Source: Phycisphaerae bacterium
GTDB lineage: Bacteria > Planctomycetota > Phycisphaerae > UBA1845 > Fen-1342
Direction of reading: 5' to 3'
DNA: 64,000 bases
Assembly (NCBI GenBank): GCA_963666925.2
Contig: CAXXTC010000007.1
Coordinates: 256,001-320,000, forward strand
Position numbers and translations under genes: made by a program. This document shows, one piece after another, positions 19,621 through 29,450 of the stretch. Each line of letters begins with the position of its first letter. The stretch's first letter is position 1. The notes beneath the pieces were generated by a model, which saw only the letters and a list, made by a program, of their open reading frames with translations, ran no database searches and had not been told where the DNA came from.

Positions 19621-20502
19621 ATGAGGTGTTCACAGTTTCGGCTGCGGCGGGGGGCGGCGTTGGTGGATGTGCTGGCGGTGGTTGGTGTGGTGACGCTGCT
19701 GACGCCGGTGGTGATGGCTTGTTTGGTTGATGAGCGTGAGGAGGCGCGGATCGGGCAGTGTTTGGCGAACCTGCGAACGCTGGGCGTGGCGAATGAGATG
19801 TACCTGGGTGATTGGGATGGTAACTTCCCGGTCATTGTGCATGGGGATAGCACGATTGGCCTGTGTAGCTGGCTGTACGGGGGGAAAACCGCCGACGACT
19901 ACTGGGAAGGCTATTCTGGTGGAGTGTTTTACGTTCCGGCAACGGAACGGCCGCTGAATCCATATCTACTGGGTGGTCGAGTTGAAGCGGACCTGACGGA
20001 TGGCGGTGAAGTCATCAAGCGCACAGAGGTGCCGATGCTGAAGTGTCCGTCGGACCAGACTTCGCACCAGCGGCGGTTCTCTTCGTCTACGGGGGCCGGG
20101 ATAAGCGCTTATGACGACGTGGGGACCAGCTACTTAGTCAACCTGCATGCAGTGGAAGACACCAATGTTGATGAATGGCAGAACGACGGGCAGGGATGGA
20201 GCGAGTTGGCGCGCAGCGCGCTGGCAACGACGGCCCAGAGGCAGCCGGACTCGTTCATTTGGTTCATGGAAGAGCCGCTGGATTGGGGCCTCCACGACAG
20301 AATACACGTTATAGGTAATCACGAAGAAATCTCCCGGCATTCGGTGGGCTTTAGAGACGGACATGCAGAGTACTTGTTCGTTGACAGCCACTTCTGGTGT
20401 GGGTCGGGCTGGGAGGCCATCAACACGGCGTGGCAATGGGGGCCGAACATCGAGCGGGGAGCCGTCTTTTACATACTCCTAACCAAGGACTGCCAACCCT
20501 GA
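19621..20502 (+). CDS. Prepilin-like protein, paralog 3
   Basis: RRGAALVDVLAVV, CLANLRTLG, CPSD, GTSY, FRDGHA; GGGAG RBS before ATG 19621. Confidence 0.8.
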   Translation: MRCSQFRLRRGAALVDVLAVVGVVTLLTPVVMACLVDEREEARIGQCLANLRTLGVANEMYLGDWDGNFPVIVHGDSTIGLCSWLYGGKTADDYWEGYSGGVFYVPATERPLNPYLLGGRVEADLTDGGEVIKRTEVPMLKCPSDQTSHQRRFSSSTGAGISAYDDVGTSYLVNLHAVEDTNVDEWQNDGQGWSELARSALATTAQRQPDSFIWFMEEPLDWGLHDRIHVIGNHEEISRHSVGFRDGHAEYLFVDSHFWCGSGWEAINTAWQWGPNIERGAVFYILLTKDCQP

Positions 20503-20576
20503 CGTTTACGGGAATAACGACTATTGAACGCGCCAAGGGCCAATACGTTGGCACGGAACGAATAGAGGTAATACAG

Positions 20577-23500
20577 ATGATTAGCCGGAATTCTGCCTGT
20601 ATGAGTGCGATTGTCGCGATCATGGTCGCGGGGTTGGGTGCGACGCTGCCGGCGTTTGGTCAGCAGGGTGGTGATAACTGCATGGCGCCGAGCGTGTTGC
20701 ACGATCCGCTGCCGATCCAGTTCAGCGGTACGACCGTGGGCTACGCCGACGATTATGACGAGGTGTGTCCGTTTGTCGGGTCGATCGCGCCGGACGTGGT
20801 GTACAGCTATGCGCCGACGGCGGATGTGACCGTGGACATCAGCTTGTGCGGCGATGAGACGGATTTCGACACGAAGCTGTATGTGTATGAGGATCTGTGT
20901 CCGGATCCTGGTGAGCCGTACGCGTGCAACGATGATGCGTGTTATACGCCGAGCGGGCAAGGGATGGTGTCGCGGATTCGGCAGTTGCCGCTATTGGCGG
21001 ATCATACGTATTACATCGTGGTGGATGGGTTCGGCGCGGCCGCGGGGAACTACGAGCTGGAGCTGACGGAGAGTCCGACGTTGCCGGATTGCGACGGTGG
21101 GTTGGTAATGCGATCGCAGCCGCCGGAGCTGGAGAACTGGGTGGCGGTGGGTCGTGATACACGTGCGGAGCGTTTCGACAACCTGCCGGGGCGGATTACG
21201 GCGGTGCGTTTCTGGGGATTGAACTTCAACGTGGTGAATGGGGATTGGGGGCCGGCGCCGCTGGAGCCGATGGAGTTCACTGTACGGGTTCGTGAGATTC
21301 TGAATGGGGAACCGGGGTATGAAATCGCGCTGCTTAACCTGGATTTGATGCCGACGGTGGTGGGGACGGTGGGGCCGCACGGGTGGGAAGTGTTGGAGTA
21401 CTACACGGAGCTATCGCCGGCGCCGTTTGCGCAGGATTGCTGGATCAGCATCGAGGGGCCGGATCACACCGGTGGGGACCCGGCGGTGCCGTTCTTCGCG
21501 TGGATGGAGTCATGCGTAGGTGATGGTGAGTCGCATTGTTGCGTCGGAGTGGCCATATGTGGATTATCCATGTGGGGACTTCGATCTGGCCATGTGTCTG
21601 TATACGGACGGTGAGGAGGTGCTGGGGGCGTGCTGCGATGATGAGGTTGGAGTGTGTCGGGAGGACGTGCCGGCTGGTGAATGTACGGGGCGTTTTCTGG
21701 TGGGGCAGAGCTGCGCTGAGTTTGATCCGCCGTGTGAAGCACCGACGGGGGCGTGCTGTCATGCGGACGGGACGTGCACGTACGAGACGCTGGTAGACTG
21801 TGAGGGAGTGCCGGGGGACCGGGGTGATCTGAACTGCGACGGGTACAAGAACTTCGATGATATCGAGCCGTTTGTGCTGGCGCTGGTCGATCAGGATCAG
21901 TACGAGGATCAGTATCCGGATTGTGAGTGGGTGAGCGCGGACTGCAACGTGGACGGCTCCGTGAACTTTGACGACATCAGCGCGTTTGTCACTGCGCTGA
22001 CGGCGAGCAGCGACAGTCAGTGGCTGGGTGCGAGCACAGGGTGTGCGTGGTGTCCGCCGCAGCCGATTGCGTTGCCGGCGGAGCTGCCGTACGTGGAGTA
22101 TGAGAGCTTCACGTGCAACCGCGGGAATGACTTTGATGATACGGCGCTGGGGCTGTTAGACTCCGGCGAGGATGTGTTGTACGAGCTGGTGGTGAGCGAG
22201 CCGGTGAGTGTTGAGATTGTCACCGATCCGGCGTACGACTCGCCGACGCCAAACCTGTTGCTGACGGCGAGCTACCCGCCGGGGTATGACTACCTGGCGC
22301 TGAGCACCGTTGGAGGCAGTTTGTCTTGCCAGCATCTCGACCCCGGCACGTACTACCTGCTGGTTGATACGTGGGGCGTGGATAACTGCATTGAAGACTT
22401 CGACTTGTTCATCAACGCCTGCACGCCGCCGGTGGGGCAGTGTTGTTATGGCGAGCCGGTGGAGTGTGTCGAGGTGATGGAGCATGAGTGTGTTGCGCTG
22501 GGTGGCGTGTGGGACGCCGATCTGGATTGCAGCACGCCGTGCTTTGTCGAGGGTGATGATTGCGCGAGCGCGATCGAGATTTCGGCGCCGACGAGCCTGA
22601 ATCTGAATTCGCCGTACTATGGTGCGGACGGGCCGGCGGCTCCGTGTGATAAGTATGGGGCCGGGCATTTGATGCAGAAGGATGTGTGGCTGCGGTGGAC
22701 GCCGCCGGACGACGGGCTGGCGACGGTGACGGTTGAGTCGACCAGCGTCGAGTTTGATCCGGTGCTGGTGGTGCGCAGCGGGTGCGGCGATGCGGATGTG
22801 CTGCTGTGCAGCGATCAGGTCGCCGGCGTGGGCGTGCAGGAATTCGTGCAGTTCCCGTTCACGGCGAATACGACGTATTACTTCCAGATTGGCGAGGCGG
22901 GTCCGCACCCGTCGGGCGAGCCGGCGGAGCTGCTGTTCGATATTGACGCGTCGTATGGCGAGGGGGCGTGCTGCTTCGCGGATGGTTCGTGCCGGGAGCT
23001 GCGTGGCGACGATTGCGTCGCGCTCGGCGGGTCATACCTGGGTGACTGGGTGGAGTGCGGGCCGGAGAGTTGTCCGGAGCCGGAGCTGGGCGATAGCTGC
23101 GGCAGCGTGGCTTCGTTGACGATCACGGCGGATGTGTTGCCGCTGACGGTGGTCGGCTCGACGGTGGGCCGAAATAACGACTACGACGACACGTGTCTGG
23201 GTGGCTATGACAGCGGCCGGGACGTTGTTTATCGGCTGACGGTGCCGGCGCCGATCGTGGTGAATATCACGCTCGATCCGGGCAGTGTTGATGAGGAGCC
23301 GGGGACGCCGTTTACGGCCTTTGCGTTGAGCAAGACATGTCCGCCGACGGATTGCATCGTGACGGCGCGGAACGCGGAAGGCGTGCCGTATGGCGTGGAA
23401 TATGTTGTGCTGCGGGAGGGGACGTATTATCTGATGGTGGACAAGTGGCTGCTGCCGGACGAGATCCCGGAATTTGAGCTGGTGATCGAGCTGGCGGATG

Positions 23501-24054
23501 ATGATACGGGTGCGTGTTGTGTGGGTGAGGAGTGCGTGGGGACGATGACGCTGGCGGAGTGCATGGCGGTGGAGGGTCGCTGGAATCGTGGAGAGGTGTG
23601 TTCGCCGGGCGAGTTTTGTTATGAGGACTACGGCGATACGTGTGAGAGGCCGCACGAGTTCGGTTTCTACGGCGACGGGTTCAGCGAGTCGGGTTCGACG
23701 TATGATCACAGCAACACCTACGTGGGGCAGACGTGTTTGGGGATTGCGGACGGCGGGCGTGACATGGTGTACAAGCTGATCATGCCGGAGCCGGAGACGC
23801 GGCTGGTCGAGCTGTCTCTGAGCACGGATTCGGAAGGGTGGGGGCACATGTGGGCGGTGTTGTCCGACAGTTGCCCGCCGGTGGAAGAGTCGTGCCTGGC
23901 GCGGGTGCCGACGAATGGTGCGAGTGCGCCGCTGGAACTGGCGCCGGGTGAGTACTACGTGCTGATCGACATGTGGCCGGTGCGGACGTATGGGGATGAT
24001 TGGCTTGATGGTGCGTGGTTTGAGGTGACGATTCGGGCGTTGGACGGGCTGTAG
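20577..24054 (+). pseudogene. Large secreted Cys-rich protein (PPC-like beta-sandwich repeats, GACC repeats, internal dockerin-like domain) split by a +1 frameshift near 21540
   Basis: Signal peptide at 20577. Repeated GDxC..DVVY..YYIVVD modules occur on both sides of the break. Deleting one T in CATTGTTGCG fuses ORFs 20577-21614 and 21520-24054. Confidence 0.72.
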
Positions 24055-24086
24055 GGCGACCCGGTCAGTTCCCCACCCCGAAACGC

Positions 24087-25559
24087 TCACCGTGCGGTTT
24101 GCGCTTCGGGGGTCATGAGGTCGATGAATGGGTTGATGTCGTCGAAGTTGACGGTGCTGTCGTTGTTGCAGTCGGCCGTCAGCCAGTAGCAGTTCGGGTA
24201 CTCGGACTCGTACTGCTCGCGGCCGACGATGGCGGTCACGAAGGGGTTGATATCGTCGAAAGTGATGTAGCCGTCACAGTTGGTGTCGCCGGTGGTCCAG
24301 AGCGGGGTGGCGTAGAAGACCTTGACGCAGGGCTCGCCGGAGTTGCCGACGACGAGATCGGGCCAGTTGTCGCCGTTGATGTCGCCGAAGGCGATCGCGG
24401 TGCCGACCGTGGGGGAATCGTAGACCCAACTCGGCGTCGTGCTGAGGGTGCCGGCGTTGTTGAGGTAGATGCGGACGTGGCCGTTGGAGAAGTGGGTTTC
24501 GGCCAGGTCGGGGTCACCATCGCGGTCGACGTCGCAGAAGCGTAGCTCGCTGTGTCCGAAGTAGGTCTCAGTGGCGGACCAGGTGAGCGTCAGGTCGGCG
24601 TTGTCGTTTGAGTAGAGCAGGGTGGGGTCGTGTCCGAGGGCTAGGTCGAGCCAGCCGTTGTTGTCGACGTCGGCCCAGGCGACGCCCTTGTCGGAGTCGT
24701 CGTCGCCGGTGGTCCAGGTGGGGGTGGTCTGTAGCGTGCCGGCGAGGTTGCGGTAGACCGCGGTCTCGAAGTTGACCCATTTCGAGACGGCGAGGTCTTC
24801 CCAGTTGTCGCCGTCGTAGTCGCCGACGGCGAGACAGTTCTGGATGGACGTTTCGGCCGACTGCCAGGTGGGGGTGGTTGGCAGCGTGCCGTTGTTGTTG
24901 ATGAAGCCGAACATGGGGCGGTAGGGGTCGGATGTTGAGTAGCCCTGGTTGGCGGTGAAGAGGTCGAGGTCGTTGTCGTGGTCGACGTCGAAGATGGCGG
25001 CGCTGAGGGTCCAGGCGCCGTTGGGTTCGCTGCTGAGCCAGCCGGGGGACGTGGCGGGGCCGGCGGCCGATCCGAAGTATATGGCGGAGGGGCTGAGGGA
25101 GTAGCCGCCGTTGCTGGCGAAGATATCGAGATAGGTGTCGTTGTTGAGGTCGGCGACCTGGATGTCGGCGGTGGAGCGGTCGTCGTCGGAGAACCATGAG
25201 GGGGAGTTTTCGAGGCTGGTGCCGGTATTGAAGTAGATCAGGTTGCGCCAGTCGTCGTAGGGCGGATAGCTGTTGGATTGGTAGCAGCCGACGACGACGT
25301 CCGGGCGGCCGTCGTTGTTCATGTCGGCGACCTGGAGGCCTCCGACCTGCATGCGGAGGTCGTTCTCCCAATCGGGGGCGGTGCCGAAGGGGACGCCGCG
25401 GGCGTTGACGATGACCTGGCCGTCGGTGGGGGCGGGTTTGATGGCGATCGTCGTTCGGCCGTCGGCGGAGACCTCGATGGCCTGCTGGGCGACGGCGGTT
25501 GTGCAGAGGGCGAGGGTCAGGAGCACGGCGGTGGCGGCTTTGGGGGAGTTCATGAGCAT
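24087..25559 (-). CDS. Secreted FG-GAP repeat beta-propeller protein with C-terminal dockerin-like domain
   Basis: Signal peptide; seven DxxxDxxxD repeats (ADMNNDGRPD, ADLNNDTYLD, FDVDHDNDLD, GDYDGDNWED, ADVDNNGWLD, CDVDRDGDPD, GDINGDNWPD); GDTNCDGYITFDDINPF..ADCNNDSTVNFDDINPF. Confidence 0.88.
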   Translation of the reverse strand: MLMNSPKAATAVLLTLALCTTAVAQQAIEVSADGRTTIAIKPAPTDGQVIVNARGVPFGTAPDWENDLRMQVGGLQVADMNNDGRPDVVVGCYQSNSYPPYDDWRNLIYFNTGTSLENSPSWFSDDDRSTADIQVADLNNDTYLDIFASNGGYSLSPSAIYFGSAAGPATSPGWLSSEPNGAWTLSAAIFDVDHDNDLDLFTANQGYSTSDPYRPMFGFINNNGTLPTTPTWQSAETSIQNCLAVGDYDGDNWEDLAVSKWVNFETAVYRNLAGTLQTTPTWTTGDDDSDKGVAWADVDNNGWLDLALGHDPTLLYSNDNADLTLTWSATETYFGHSELRFCDVDRDGDPDLAETHFSNGHVRIYLNNAGTLSTTPSWVYDSPTVGTAIAFGDINGDNWPDLVVGNSGEPCVKVFYATPLWTTGDTNCDGYITFDDINPFVTAIVGREQYESEYPNCYWLTADCNNDSTVNFDDINPFIDLMTPEAQTAR

Positions 25560-25675
25560 GATTGAGTCTCGCAGACGCCGGTGATTTCGCGAAATGTCTG
25601 ACTGATCAAGTATAACGCGCTGCGGTGTAAGGCCGGTGCCGGAAGTTGTGGATTGGTGGCCGGGTGTGTCCAGAT

Positions 25676-25716
25676 AACAAGAAACACCCGCGTGGCCGGG
25701 GTGGTCACGCGGGTGT
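25676..25716 (-). terminator. Intrinsic terminator of the hydrogenase operon
   Basis: Stem ACACCCGCGTG(G/A)CC at 25684-25716, followed on the minus strand by TTCTTGTT. Confidence 0.7.
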
Positions 25717-25749
25717 GGGTTGCTGTTCAGTAGCCGGTGGCGGCGGGCG

Positions 25750-26889
25750 TCAGTGGGCGCCGGCCGGCTCGTCGGCGTGCTTGGAGATCGGCAACGTGTG
25801 GATCATGAACGAGAGCACGAGCAGGCCGCCGGCGACGATGCCTCCGGAGACGAGCAGCTCGATCCAACTGGGCATGTAGCCGATGGATGAGGTCCCCATC
25901 ATGCCGAGCAGGCAGACGTTGAGGCGGTTCATGACGACGCCGACGATCACGGCGAGGATGCAGCCGAAGAGCTTGAGTCGATTGTTGCGGACGGCCGGGC
26001 TGAGCAGGAGCGTTCCAGGGAGGAAGGCGCCGAATCCGAGCTCGATGATGAATGCCCAGCTTTCGAGATTGTTGTCGAGGATGTGTCCGAGTGCTCCGCG
26101 GGCGTTGAGGTCCATGAGGCGGAAGCCGATGTAGATGCCCAGGATCGGGGGCAGGCCCTTGGCGAGGTCGCCGAGCAGTCGCGTGGGGACCATGTGCTTG
26201 AAGATGATGCCGGAGATCATGGCTTCGAAGATGACCATGGCGATGCCGACGGCGATAGCGGACATGAGGAACAACACCGGCAGCATTGGAGAGAACCAGA
26301 GGGGATGGAGGCGGTGCTCGGTGAGTACGAAGAGTGAGCCGAGCGAACTCTGGTGCATGGTTGAGAGGATGATGCCGGCGATGATGAAGACGATCGCGAA
26401 GCGGTTGATGGTTCGGAGTGGGCCGAGCCAGCGGAACCGTTCGAAGACGATCGGGAGGAACTCGAGGAAGAGGACGGTGGTGTAGAGCATGACGCACCAG
26501 CCGACCTCGAACATGACCGAGTGGTGTTGCCACATGATCATGGGGTGCCAGATGGCCCAGGGTCGGCCGAGGTCCATGAGCAGGCCGATGATGGCGAGGA
26601 CGTAGCCGAGGAAAGCGGTAGTGATGGCGGGTCGGACGAATGGCTCGAACTTGTGCAGTCCGAAGACGTGGACGGCGCCGGCGAGGACGAACCCGCCGGC
26701 GGCGAGTGCTACGCCGCAGACCATGTCGAAGCCGATCCAGAGTCCCCAGGGGAATGAATCGGAGAGGTTTGTGGCGCTGCCGAGTCCGGCCCAGAAGCGG
26801 TAGGCGGCCAGGGCGAAGGCGAGCATGACCATGAAGGACATTGCGAGTCGTATGTTGGACACGCGTCCGGTGGTTGGGGCGGCACTCAT
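25750..26889 (-). CDS. hybB: NrfD/HybB-family membrane subunit of the hydrogenase
   Basis: TNLSDSFPWGLWIGFD..GVALAAGGF, DLGRPW, SVMFEVGWC, STMHQSSLGSL. Confidence 0.88.
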   Translation of the reverse strand: MSAAPTTGRVSNIRLAMSFMVMLAFALAAYRFWAGLGSATNLSDSFPWGLWIGFDMVCGVALAAGGFVLAGAVHVFGLHKFEPFVRPAITTAFLGYVLAIIGLLMDLGRPWAIWHPMIMWQHHSVMFEVGWCVMLYTTVLFLEFLPIVFERFRWLGPLRTINRFAIVFIIAGIILSTMHQSSLGSLFVLTEHRLHPLWFSPMLPVLFLMSAIAVGIAMVIFEAMISGIIFKHMVPTRLLGDLAKGLPPILGIYIGFRLMDLNARGALGHILDNNLESWAFIIELGFGAFLPGTLLLSPAVRNNRLKLFGCILAVIVGVVMNRLNVCLLGMMGTSSIGYMPSWIELLVSGGIVAGGLLVLSFMIHTLPISKHADEPAGAH

Positions 26890-27776
26890 GAGGCGTCCTC
26901 CTGGCCGGGATTCTGTGCGGCGCGGCGTTCCTGCCAGCGGTTCACCTGGTAGAGCCCGCCGAGGAACAAGCCGAGGCCGATGATCCAGCCTGGCAACCCG
27001 CCCATGATGGCGTCGGAGTAGCTGGAGCGGACGGTGCTCGGAAGATCGGGCAGGTCGAGGTCTTCGAAGGCGATTCCGGAGAGGATGAGGTAGCTGGTTC
27101 CGCCGGCCTCGTGCTCGCCATAGAGATGGTCGACGTATCGCTCGGGCTCGTCGGCGATGCGCCGGTGGGCTTCATTAATGAGCTCGGCCCGTGGGCCCAT
27201 CTTGAGAGCGCCGACCGGGCAGGCGGCAACACAGGCGCCGTTGAAGTCGCACTTGCGGACGCGCGGCATGCGGTCGAGCCACTGGTAGCGGGGCACCGTG
27301 TAGGGGCAGGCCAGCAGGCAATAGCGGCAGCCGATGCACTTGTGCTCGTGGTAGACGACCGGTCCTTCGGGCGTCTTCACGAGGGCGGCAACCGGGCAGG
27401 CAGAAGCGCAGGCGGGGGAGTTGCAGTGCATGCAGTTGCGCTTGAAGAAGGACCATTTCTTCTCGCCGTCTTCGCCCGGCTCGCTGGACTCGCAAAGCTG
27501 AATGACCATGAAGTCTTCTTCGCCCAGTTGGCTGGGCATGTCGAACTTCACGCCGTTGACGTCGTCCGGGAGCGGGTCGAGGTTCTTGACCTCGCGACAG
27601 GTGCGGGCGCAGGAACGACAGCCGATGCAGCGCGTAGCATCGTAGAGGATGGCGCGGGCATCGGGGAACTGGTTTGCTTCGGACGCTGCGCTGGCGGCGG
27701 CCTGAGCTGGAAGTAGCGAGGCTGCACCGGCGGTGGCCGAGAGTTGGAGGAAGCTGCGGCGATCCAGCTTTTTCAT
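26886..27776 (-). CDS. hybA: Tat-exported 4Fe-4S protein (HybA-like)
   Basis: DRRSFL Tat motif; CIGCRSC, CMHCNSPACASACP, CIGCRYCLLACP, KCDF..CVAACP, YGEHEAGGT; C-terminal TM helix. Confidence 0.88.
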   Translation of the reverse strand: MKKLDRRSFLQLSATAGAASLLPAQAAASAASEANQFPDARAILYDATRCIGCRSCARTCREVKNLDPLPDDVNGVKFDMPSQLGEEDFMVIQLCESSEPGEDGEKKWSFFKRNCMHCNSPACASACPVAALVKTPEGPVVYHEHKCIGCRYCLLACPYTVPRYQWLDRMPRVRKCDFNGACVAACPVGALKMGPRAELINEAHRRIADEPERYVDHLYGEHEAGGTSYLILSGIAFEDLDLPDLPSTVRSSYSDAIMGGLPGWIIGLGLFLGGLYQVNRWQERRAAQNPGQEDAS

Positions 27777-27780
27777 GAGC

Positions 27781-28902
27781 TTACTCCTTGGCTTCGTCGA
27801 GGCGCTTGGCGGCAGCAGTCACGCCGACACCGGCGAGGAAGCCGGCGGCACCGAGCAGGCCCATTGCGGCGTAGGTGCCGGCGTTGGCCTGGGTGGACTG
27901 GCCGGACTCGGGCGTCGGGTAGAGGGCCGGGAACTGCATCGTCTCCGGGAGGACCGGCTCGAACATGGACTTCTCGAAGGGGAACTCGGGGTGGCAACAA
28001 CCGATGCAGGGGTGGCCGGCTTCGACACACCAACTCGTGCCGTTGTTGAAGCGGCGGATGGGACAGTCGGCCATGGTGATCGGGCCCTTGCAGCCGAGCT
28101 TGATGAGGCAGCCGTGGTCGCCGAAGTGCTCGGCGAACTCGCCGCGGTCGAAGTGGCCGCGATAGGGGCAGTTGTCGTGGATGAGCTGGCCGAAGAAGAG
28201 CCCGGGTCGGCCGTGTTCGTCGAGCTTGAGGGCGGCGGCCCCGCCGAGGAGGTAGGCGGCGATGGTGCCGACGATCCAGTCGGGATGCGGCGGGCAGCCG
28301 GGGATGTTTACGACGGGGGTGGCGATCTCTTCCTGTTCGAGCAGCTTGTGTACGGGGATCGCTCCGGTGGGGTTGGGCGGCGCGCCGGGGATGCCGCCGA
28401 AAGAAGCACAGGCGCCGGCGGCGAGCACGACGGCGGCGTCGCGGCTGAGGTCGCGGATGTGCTGGTAGCCGGTGATGGGCTGTCCGTCTGGGGTTTCGCC
28501 GATTGCGCAGAAGAGGCCGTCTTCGTTGGTGGCGGTGGCTCCGTCGACGACGAGGACGTATTTGCCGCGGTGCTTCTCGACGGTCTCGCGTAGGGTTTCC
28601 ATGGCGCCCTCGCCCTGGCCCGCCATGATGGTGGCGTGGAACTGGAGCGAGAGATGCGTTCCGGGGAGGACCTCTCCGAGGAGGGCTTCCTGGATTCGTG
28701 GGGCGGCATTGTTCAGCAGCGAGACGGAGCACCCGGTGCAGGACCCGGTGGCCATCCAGATCACGGGGATCTCGGCGACGGCTGGGGCTGGGGCTGCTTG
28801 GGCGACGCGCTGAAGCCCGGGGATCTTGAGCAGCGAGAAGCCGAGCACAGTGATGGTGCCGGCGCCGGCCTTCTCCAGGAATTCACGTCGGGTCAGTGCC
28901 AT
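27781..28902 (-). CDS. [NiFe] hydrogenase small subunit (Tat signal, C-terminal membrane anchor)
   Basis: TRREFL; CTGCSVSLLN, GACASFGGIP, NIPGCPPHPD, IHDNCP, GCLIKLGCKGP, WCVEAGHPCIGC. Confidence 0.93.
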   Translation of the reverse strand: MALTRREFLEKAGAGTITVLGFSLLKIPGLQRVAQAAPAPAVAEIPVIWMATGSCTGCSVSLLNNAAPRIQEALLGEVLPGTHLSLQFHATIMAGQGEGAMETLRETVEKHRGKYVLVVDGATATNEDGLFCAIGETPDGQPITGYQHIRDLSRDAAVVLAAGACASFGGIPGAPPNPTGAIPVHKLLEQEEIATPVVNIPGCPPHPDWIVGTIAAYLLGGAAALKLDEHGRPGLFFGQLIHDNCPYRGHFDRGEFAEHFGDHGCLIKLGCKGPITMADCPIRRFNNGTSWCVEAGHPCIGCCHPEFPFEKSMFEPVLPETMQFPALYPTPESGQSTQANAGTYAAMGLLGAAGFLAGVGVTAAAKRLDEAKE

Positions 28903-29447
28903 GATGGTACCTCCGTGGAGAGCGCCGCGGTGGGGTCGACCGGGTGGTCGCAGGCGGTCGCGGCACTATCGCGCAGTTGGTGGATGTCGAGATTGAGATG
29001 GTGAGCCACGGCGGCGATTAGTCGCGGCATGGCGGCCTGGAGCGGAGGGGTGAGGCCGATGCCGGCGGAAAGGTCGCCGACCTGCATGGCGATCACGATG
29101 GTTCGTTTTGGAGCCCGGCCGAGGAGACGGGTCTCGTCGAGGGCGTGCAGGAGATGGAAGTCGTGCACGCTGAGACCAGAGTCGGAGCCCGGGCGGAGCT
29201 CTTCGGTGTCGAGTTCGTAGATGGTGCCGGGGGCTTCGTCTAGCTCGACGCCGTCGACGATGATGACCAGTTCGCGGTCTTCGATGACGGTGGCGAGGTC
29301 GAGGCCGGCGGTGCCGCCGTCGAAGATTTCGACGTCGGGCGGTAACTGGCAGCGGGCGAGTCGGGCGGCGGCTTCGATGCCGATACCGTCGTCGCGGCGC
29401 AGGGGGTTGCCGATGCCGATGACCAGCTTGGAGGGGCGTTTGCGCAT
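28893..29447 (-). CDS. Hydrogenase maturation endopeptidase (HyaD/HybD family)
   Basis: VIGIGNPLRRDDGIG, DGGTAG, IIVDG, SVHDF. Confidence 0.92.
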   Translation of the reverse strand: MRKRPSKLVIGIGNPLRRDDGIGIEAAARLARCQLPPDVEIFDGGTAGLDLATVIEDRELVIIVDGVELDEAPGTIYELDTEELRPGSDSGLSVHDFHLLHALDETRLLGRAPKRTIVIAMQVGDLSAGIGLTPPLQAAMPRLIAAVAHHLNLDIHQLRDSAATACDHPVDPTAALSTEVPSWH

Positions 29448-29450
29448 GTG

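Noticed and set aside
17687..20502. Diversity-generating retroelement or integron cassette array
   Set aside because: No reverse transcriptase or integrase, differences are not adenine-specific, and no attC-like sites are visible in the short spacers.
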